This document shows, in pieces, positions 58,556 through 64,000 of a stretch of DNA of 64,000 nt. Every line of letters begins with the position of its first letter. The first letter of the stretch is position 1. Source of the DNA: an uncultured Bacilli bacterium (GTDB lineage Bacteria; Bacillota_I; Bacilli_A; RF39; UBA660). The stretch covers positions 1,430 to 65,429 of the forward strand of contig CAJTRV010000001.1 in NCBI GenBank assembly GCA_910578855.1. Reading direction: 5' to 3'. The translations under genes and the position numbers were made by a program. The notes below the pieces were generated by a model. It was not told the origin of the DNA, did no database searches, and was given only the letters and a program-made list of their open reading frames with translations.

Positions 58556-58584
58556 TTGACTTTTTATATGAAATAACATATAAT
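58556..58584 (+). promoter_or_regulatory. Sigma-A-type promoter TTGACT-17-TATAAT
   Basis: ttgact at 58556, 17-nt spacer, tataat at 58579. Confidence 0.5.
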
Positions 58585-58589
58585 GGTAT

Positions 58590-58790
58590 TATATTTGATG
58601 GAGAAAAATATAAAGTAATAGGATTATTGGTAATTAGAAAGTTAACGGTTGCTGAAAGTTAGCCTAAATAATCGTATGAATTACATATTTGGAGTCAAAC
58701 CGTGGATTCGCGTTAAGAATGAAGCTGCATAAGTATTTATGAAATAAGGTGGTACCGCGGGGAAGCTCGTCCTTATAACATAAGTACTTT
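58590..58790 (+). ncRNA. Candidate T-box leader upstream of deoC-tyrS
   Basis: aataaggtggtaccgcgg (58743..58760) closely matches the T-box consensus AAUUAGGGUGGUACCGCG. A U-run follows. A UAC (Tyr) triplet lies in the upstream leader (gaattacat). tyrS lies downstream. Secondary structure not verified. Confidence 0.4.
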
Positions 58791-58809
58791 TTTTATGGAA
58801 AGGATTATT

Positions 58810-59505
58810 ATGAATCATTATATTGATAGTACAAATTTAAAGATGGATGCGACGATGAAGGAGATTGAGGCCTTGTGTCATGAGGCAATTCACTACCATT
58901 TTGAAACTGTATGTGTGCACCCTTATTATGTCCCATTTGCCAAAAAATTACTAGAAGGAAGTCCTGTTCAGATATGTACAGTAATTGGTTTTCCGTTGGG
59001 AATGAATACCAAACAAGTGAAGGTATATGAGGCAATTGAGGCTATCAATGAAGGGGCCGATGAGATAGATATGGTGATTAATGTTGGAGCACTCAAAGAT
59101 CGAGATTATGACTATATCAAAGATGAAATTGAAGAAGTAAGAGATGCGATCGATGGAAAAACACTAAAAGTGATTGTTGAAACAAGTTTACTTACAACTG
59201 ATGAATTAGCTAAAATGACCGAGATTTGTAATGAAACATTTGTTAACTTTATTAAAACATCGACAGGATTTGGAAGTCGTGGGGCCTCAGTAGCTGATAT
59301 CAAGACGATTATGGAGTATCGAAGTGATGTCTTAGAAGTAAAGGCGAGTGGGGGAATTAGAACGGATGAACAAGCACAAACTTTGATTGATATGGGGGTT
59401 ACGAGAATTGGTACGAGCCATGGGAAAGAATTGATGGCTATGGAACCTTATCACGATAGATGCCATATCTGTACAGGTACTTGTGAACATGAGGAGGGAG
59501 AATAG
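58810..59505 (+). CDS. deoC: Deoxyribose-phosphate aldolase with Cys/His-rich C-terminal tail
   Basis: DeoC core (ICTVIGFPLG...Schiff-base region VKASGGIRT). RBS ggaaagga before ATG 58810. Tail HDRCHICTGTCEHEEGE. Confidence 0.8.
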   Translation: MNHYIDSTNLKMDATMKEIEALCHEAIHYHFETVCVHPYYVPFAKKLLEGSPVQICTVIGFPLGMNTKQVKVYEAIEAINEGADEIDMVINVGALKDRDYDYIKDEIEEVRDAIDGKTLKVIVETSLLTTDELAKMTEICNETFVNFIKTSTGFGSRGASVADIKTIMEYRSDVLEVKASGGIRTDEQAQTLIDMGVTRIGTSHGKELMAMEPYHDRCHICTGTCEHEEGE

Positions 59506-59510
59506 GTATT

Positions 59511-60743
59511 ATGACATTATTTGAAGAATTAACATGGCGGGGACTCATTAAAGATATTAGTAGTCCTGAGCTAGAAGAAAAATTAAATAACGGTGGATTG
59601 ACTTTTTATATTGGGACTGATCCGACAGGTGATAGCCTTCATATTGGGCATTATTCATCATTTCTAATATCAAAACGGTTAAAACAGGCAGGGCACAATC
59701 CAATTCTCTTGGTTGGTGGTGCAACTGGTTTGATTGGAGATCCTAGGCCAAGTGCGGAACGGGCGATGATAACGAAGGAAGAAGTTGCTCATAACTTTGC
59801 CTGTTTAAAAAAACAAGCTGAAGAGATTTTTGGATTTGAAGTAGTAAATAATTTTGATTGGTGTAAAGATATTAATTTTATTGATTTTTTAAGAGATTAT
59901 GGAAAACATTTTAATGTGAATTATATGCTTGGAAAAGATATCGTCGCAAGACGGTTAGAGCAAGGGATTACGTATACTGAATTTTCTTATATGATTATGC
60001 AAGCACTTGACTTTTTATATTTATATCAACACCGAGATTGTACGTTACAAGTAGCCGGGCAGGATCAATGGGGAAATATTACCGCTGGAATTGAGTTAAT
60101 CCGTAAGAAGATAGGAAAAGAAGCATATGGATTTACCATGCCATTGGTAACAAAGTCAGATGGTACAAAGTTTGGGAAAAGCGAAGGAAAAGCTATCTGG
60201 TTAGATAAACATAAGACATCATCTTATGAATTATATCAATTTTTAATTAATAGTGAAGATAGTAAAGTCATTGATTATTTGAAAACATTAACATTTCTTT
60301 CACCTGATGAGATTATGAAACTAGAAAAAGCAAACCAAGAAGCACCTCATTTAAGACAGGCACATCTTGCCCTTGCCAAAGCTGTGATTACTGATCTACA
60401 TGGGGAAGCAGAATATGAAAATGCAGTTCGGATTAGTGAGTCATTATTTAGTGGAAATGTTTCTGCGTTGTCGTTAGAAGAAATTAAAATCGCATTTCAG
60501 GATGTCCCTACATTTCATCCAGTGATTAATGTCTCGGTTGTTGAGATGATCGTTGCCGGTGGTATTGCTAGTTCAAAGCGCGAAGCTCGTGAGTTTGTAA
60601 CAGCTGGGTCTATTTCTATTAATGGGAAGAAAGTTACCGATGTTGATCAAATAATTACTAAAGACGATGCGATTTGTGAAGTTGCCTTTATCATTCGTCG
60701 AGGAAAAAAGAAATATTATGTTGGAATGTTAGAAAGTGCTTAA
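59511..60743 (+). CDS. tyrS: Tyrosyl-tRNA synthetase
   Basis: HIGH motif (SLHIGHY), KMSKS-equivalent KFGKS, C-terminal S4 domain. Confidence 0.9.
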   Translation: MTLFEELTWRGLIKDISSPELEEKLNNGGLTFYIGTDPTGDSLHIGHYSSFLISKRLKQAGHNPILLVGGATGLIGDPRPSAERAMITKEEVAHNFACLKKQAEEIFGFEVVNNFDWCKDINFIDFLRDYGKHFNVNYMLGKDIVARRLEQGITYTEFSYMIMQALDFLYLYQHRDCTLQVAGQDQWGNITAGIELIRKKIGKEAYGFTMPLVTKSDGTKFGKSEGKAIWLDKHKTSSYELYQFLINSEDSKVIDYLKTLTFLSPDEIMKLEKANQEAPHLRQAHLALAKAVITDLHGEAEYENAVRISESLFSGNVSALSLEEIKIAFQDVPTFHPVINVSVVEMIVAGGIASSKREAREFVTAGSISINGKKVTDVDQIITKDDAICEVAFIIRRGKKKYYVGMLESA

Positions 60744-60797
60744 TATTCTTTCTTTTTTTGTGAAAAATGTGTGAAATTTATGATATACTTATAACAG

Positions 60798-61829
60798 TTG
60801 AAGGTAGAAAGTAGTGATATGATGGGAAAAATTAATTATTTAGTAAAACGAATTCGGCATATGAATTATCAAAACATGTTTGATACTGCCCACCACGTTG
60901 CTGAAAAAACAGGACGATCTTATATTACTGTTTTATGTGATATAATCTCTTGTGGACTAAAATATCAAGCGGGATATAATGATTATCTTGAGTTTGAATT
61001 TTATCTTTTAAACAAGGAAGAACGTAAAACCTATTTAACTAGAGGAATCAATAATACGATTATAAAGAAATATAACCGCAAAGATTTTTATTATAAGTTT
61101 GATGATAAAATTGTTTTTAATAAATTATTTAATTCTTATTTAAAGAGGGAATGGATCTATTTACGAGAGGTGAAAGGGGATCAGTTTGTCGAATTTTTAA
61201 AAGGGAAAAAAGCAATTATTGTAAAACCAATTGATGGTGATGGTGGAATGGGAATTGAGAAGATTAATATTAATTCTAAAACCAATGGTAAAAAATTGTA
61301 TCGCCAACTTCGTAAATCAGGTCAAGTATTGGTGGAAGAATTTGTTCGACAGCACCCTGATATGAACCAGTTATATAAAAATTCTGTTAATACATTACGA
61401 ATGTTTACGTTTATTCAAAATGGGAAAGTAACCTTTTTAAATGGGATATTAAAGATTGGAAACGGTGGCGTTGTTGACAATTTTTCTAGTGGTGGGATGT
61501 ATACGTTTGTGAATCAAAATGGAAAAGTAATTGCTCCTGCGATTGATAAACAAGATCTTGTTTATGAAGTTCATCCTAAAACCAAAACTAAAATTGTTGG
61601 CTTTCAAGTACCAATGTTTAAAGAAGCAGTGAAGATGGTCAAGAAAGCAGCGAAAGAAGTGCCGGAAATTGGTTATGTCGGTTGGGATGTTGCGATTAGT
61701 GAAACTGGGCCAATCATTATCGAAGGAAATTGTTTCCCGGGTGTCTTCCAAATTCGACCAAGTTTTTCTAAGAAAAAAGAAGGAATCTTACCAAAATATT
61801 TAAAGGTTATGGATCTCAAAGTAAAATAA
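60798..61829 (+). CDS. ATP-grasp domain protein (sugar-transfer-associated ATP-grasp-like)
   Basis: VKPIDGDGGMGI and EEFVRQHPDMNQ...LRMFTF ATP-grasp pattern. Confidence 0.55.
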   Translation: MKVESSDMMGKINYLVKRIRHMNYQNMFDTAHHVAEKTGRSYITVLCDIISCGLKYQAGYNDYLEFEFYLLNKEERKTYLTRGINNTIIKKYNRKDFYYKFDDKIVFNKLFNSYLKREWIYLREVKGDQFVEFLKGKKAIIVKPIDGDGGMGIEKININSKTNGKKLYRQLRKSGQVLVEEFVRQHPDMNQLYKNSVNTLRMFTFIQNGKVTFLNGILKIGNGGVVDNFSSGGMYTFVNQNGKVIAPAIDKQDLVYEVHPKTKTKIVGFQVPMFKEAVKMVKKAAKEVPEIGYVGWDVAISETGPIIIEGNCFPGVFQIRPSFSKKKEGILPKYLKVMDLKVK

Positions 61830-61905
61830 TGAAAGAAAATATTATCAAGTGATTGAGCTATATAAAAAATTCTAGCAGTGATTAGAATTTTTTTTGTTTA
61901 ATAAG

Positions 61906-61935
61906 GAACAAAAAAACCCTTCCTTGGAAGAGTTC
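61906..61935 (-). terminator. Rho-independent terminator of rpsD (minus strand)
   Basis: Minus-strand hairpin ctcttcc-aa-ggaaggg followed by tttttttg. Confidence 0.45.
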
Positions 61936-61940
61936 TTTTC

Positions 61941-62543
61941 TTATCGGTTGTAGAATTCAACTACTAATGCTTCATCAATTTCGCTATTTAATTCGCTTCT
62001 TTCAGGGTATCTTACATAAGTACCACTCATTTTTGCTTCATCATAAGTAACAAATTCTACACGATTGTGAACATTTTCTAATGCTTCTTTAACAGCTTTG
62101 TGATCTTTACTATTTTCTTTGATCGCAATTACGTCACCAGGTGTACAACGATATGATGGAATATCTACTTTTTTTCCATTTACGGTAATATGACCATGGT
62201 TAACAAGTTGTCTAGCACCATTTCTTGTACTAGCAAATCCTAAACGGTAAACTAAATTGTCTAAACGACTTTCTAGAAGTTTCATGAAGTCTTCTCCGTG
62301 AACTCCTTTTAATTTTCCAGCTTCGACAAATGTTTTCTTGAATTGTTTTTCATTCAATCCATACATAAATCTTAATTTTTGTTTTTCTTGTAATTGGGTT
62401 CCGTAATTTGATAATTTCTTTTTACGTCCCTGACCATGTTGACCTGGTGCATAAGGTCTCTTAGCAATGTCTTTTCCATTTTCTAATGTAGAGAATCCTA
62501 AACGACGTGATCTTCTGTTTACTGGTCCAGTATACTTTGACAT
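61941..62543 (-). CDS. rpsD: 30S ribosomal protein S4
   Basis: [16 protein letters not shown]...S4 domain. Start at the MSKYTG Met rather than the longer ORF-track start. Confidence 0.9.
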   Translation of the reverse strand: MSKYTGPVNRRSRRLGFSTLENGKDIAKRPYAPGQHGQGRKKKLSNYGTQLQEKQKLRFMYGLNEKQFKKTFVEAGKLKGVHGEDFMKLLESRLDNLVYRLGFASTRNGARQLVNHGHITVNGKKVDIPSYRCTPGDVIAIKENSKDHKAVKEALENVHNRVEFVTYDEAKMSGTYVRYPERSELNSEIDEALVVEFYNR

Positions 62544-62804
62544 AAATTTCCTCCTTCTTTTCACGATGTGATTACGAAGGTTATCTCGCCAAATGATAGG
62601 GTGTTTATCTTAATATCTTCGCTTTGCAGCTAAAGTTACTAGTATACCAATCTTGGGGATAAACACGTTACCAATTTCGAAATAACGCTGCAAGTAACAC
62701 ATGCATATACAATTATAGTATTTATCTTATCATATGTCAATATTTTTCCCTTATTTCTCTTGATAATTAGTTATTTCAAGGGTTAGTTCATATTATGTGT
62801 TTTA

Positions 62805-63443
62805 TTATCGTTTATGCGTATTCTCTTCTGGAGATCGTTCACTTTGGGGATCATAAAATGCTCTTGTTTCTAACAAGGTTGCAATAACCTGATCAAAGTT
62901 TCCTAATTTATTAGTATCGTAATTATCTACTGCTATTTTGTCATAAAAATAGACAGGAAGATTTCGGTAGATTATTTTATTTGGAATTGGTCTAATCTGG
63001 CCAGCTGTTTGAACGATTTCAATTTGACTTGCCAATTGTATTAATGCTTTTTGTTGTGCTTCTATCAGGTATTCTAAATCAGCTGGAAGATAGATTGATC
63101 CTTGTCTTACTTTTCCAATCGCGTGAGCATAACGATGATCAATCTGATCCATGAATACAATATGATCATTTTTATTTAACATTACAGTTAAGTTAAAAAG
63201 ATTGGTTTCTGTACTAATATTTCCCCCCCCCGATTTTTGAACAATTTCTTTTCTTTTCCTATCTGCCAATTGTAGATCATACTTTAAAGAAAAATGAATG
63301 GATTTGTTTTGTATATAATCCCGGATTGCTACATAATGATTTTGCATAGTTTTAGAAAAATAATATGGAACTATTTTCTCTTGGGGATCTATAATTGTAA
63401 TCATTATATAACAAATCGGACTATGGCACAATTCCTTTTTCAA
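62805..63443 (-). CDS. Hypothetical protein containing an in-frame G9 homopolymer (encodes GGG)
   Basis: ORF. C9 run on the plus strand at 63223..63231. Confidence 0.4.
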   Translation of the reverse strand: MKKELCHSPICYIMITIIDPQEKIVPYYFSKTMQNHYVAIRDYIQNKSIHFSLKYDLQLADRKRKEIVQKSGGGNISTETNLFNLTVMLNKNDHIVFMDQIDHRYAHAIGKVRQGSIYLPADLEYLIEAQQKALIQLASQIEIVQTAGQIRPIPNKIIYRNLPVYFYDKIAVDNYDTNKLGNFDQVIATLLETRAFYDPQSERSPEENTHKR

Positions 63444-63546
63444 AATTAAATTGTTTCTTGTTTTTGTTCTAACAACACAAAAAAGCGAAAAAAGAGTGCA
63501 AAAAAAGTCGGAATTGTGGTAGAATTATAATAGCGAGGTGATAGAA

Positions 63547-64000
63547 TGGACAACATCATTTTAATAATACTTATTATCTACACAGTTGCCGTAATATCTA
63601 TTGTTCTTATTTTATCATTTTTACAGAAATCAAAAAACAAGAAGTATAAGAAACTTTTAGAGGAATTAGAGTTTGAGAAAAATACCATTGATAGTGCGCC
63701 AATTATGCCAGAACTGTCAAAGATTGAATCATATTTAAAAAATGACAAATTGGAGGCGATGTATCAAGAGTGGTGTGCACGACTTGATGATATTAAGGAA
63801 AAACAAATTCCTGAAGTTACCGATATGCTATTAGAAGCGGATTATTCGTTATCAAAGATGGATTATAAGGGGACATTATATAAAATTGCTAAATTAGAGA
63901 TGCAATTATATAAAGTAAAGGCGAATAGTGAATTTTTATTAAGTGAGATAAAAGAGATCACCACTAGTGAGGAACGAAACCGGGCAATTATTACCAAATT
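63547..64000 (+). CDS. ezrA: Septation ring formation regulator EzrA (N-terminal part; continues beyond window)
   Basis: N-terminal TM helix followed by a coiled-coil with the W...W...P.V..LL.AE pattern of EzrA. Conserved rpsD neighbourhood. Confidence 0.6.

Noticed and set aside
1-64000. CRISPR arrays, rRNA and tRNA genes
   Set aside because: No regularly spaced direct repeats, no rRNA-like conserved blocks, and no tRNA cloverleaf candidates were seen on inspection. This cannot be excluded without tRNAscan-type tools.

Overview
Low-GC Firmicutes-type chromosome segment. A conserved core (rimP-nusA-ylxR-infB ... rbfA; deoC-tyrS; rpsD; ezrA) is interrupted by an AT-rich integrated conjugative element of about 49.4 kb (approx. 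7725..57142). The element sits inside the Walker-B/D-loop codons of an ABC exporter gene. Its right end carries a large serine recombinase. Reading the two junctions, precise excision at an AC dinucleotide would rebuild an intact DEATSALD motif. Element cargo: a MPF-FA/Tcp-like type IV secretion set (VirB4, VirB6-like, VirD4-like coupling ATPase, M23 peptidoglycan hydrolase), a MobA/MobL-type relaxase with RHH accessories and an inverted-repeat candidate oriT, a primase, SSB and HU. It also carries a Cna-B-type surface adhesin with a dedicated sortase, a C5-cytosine methyltransferase split into two overlapping ORFs, several XRE/LysR/ArpU-like regulators, a block of acidic small proteins, and a cluster of nucleotide-metabolising enzymes including a translationally coupled radical SAM + MazG-Nudix pair. 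The most striking feature is a complete diversity-generating retroelement: an Avd-like ORF, a TR, a reverse transcriptase and a VR. All 12 TR/VR mismatches fall on TR adenines. The diversified C-type-lectin-like VR lies near the N-terminus of a cytoplasmic protein fused to a MoxR/AAA_5-class AAA+ ATPase, followed by a Walker-A-less AAA-like ORF and a metallopeptidase-like/VWA partner protein. I have not seen this arrangement described. It may represent an adaptive, DGR-diversified intracellular recognition/remodelling (possibly defence) module carried on the ICE.
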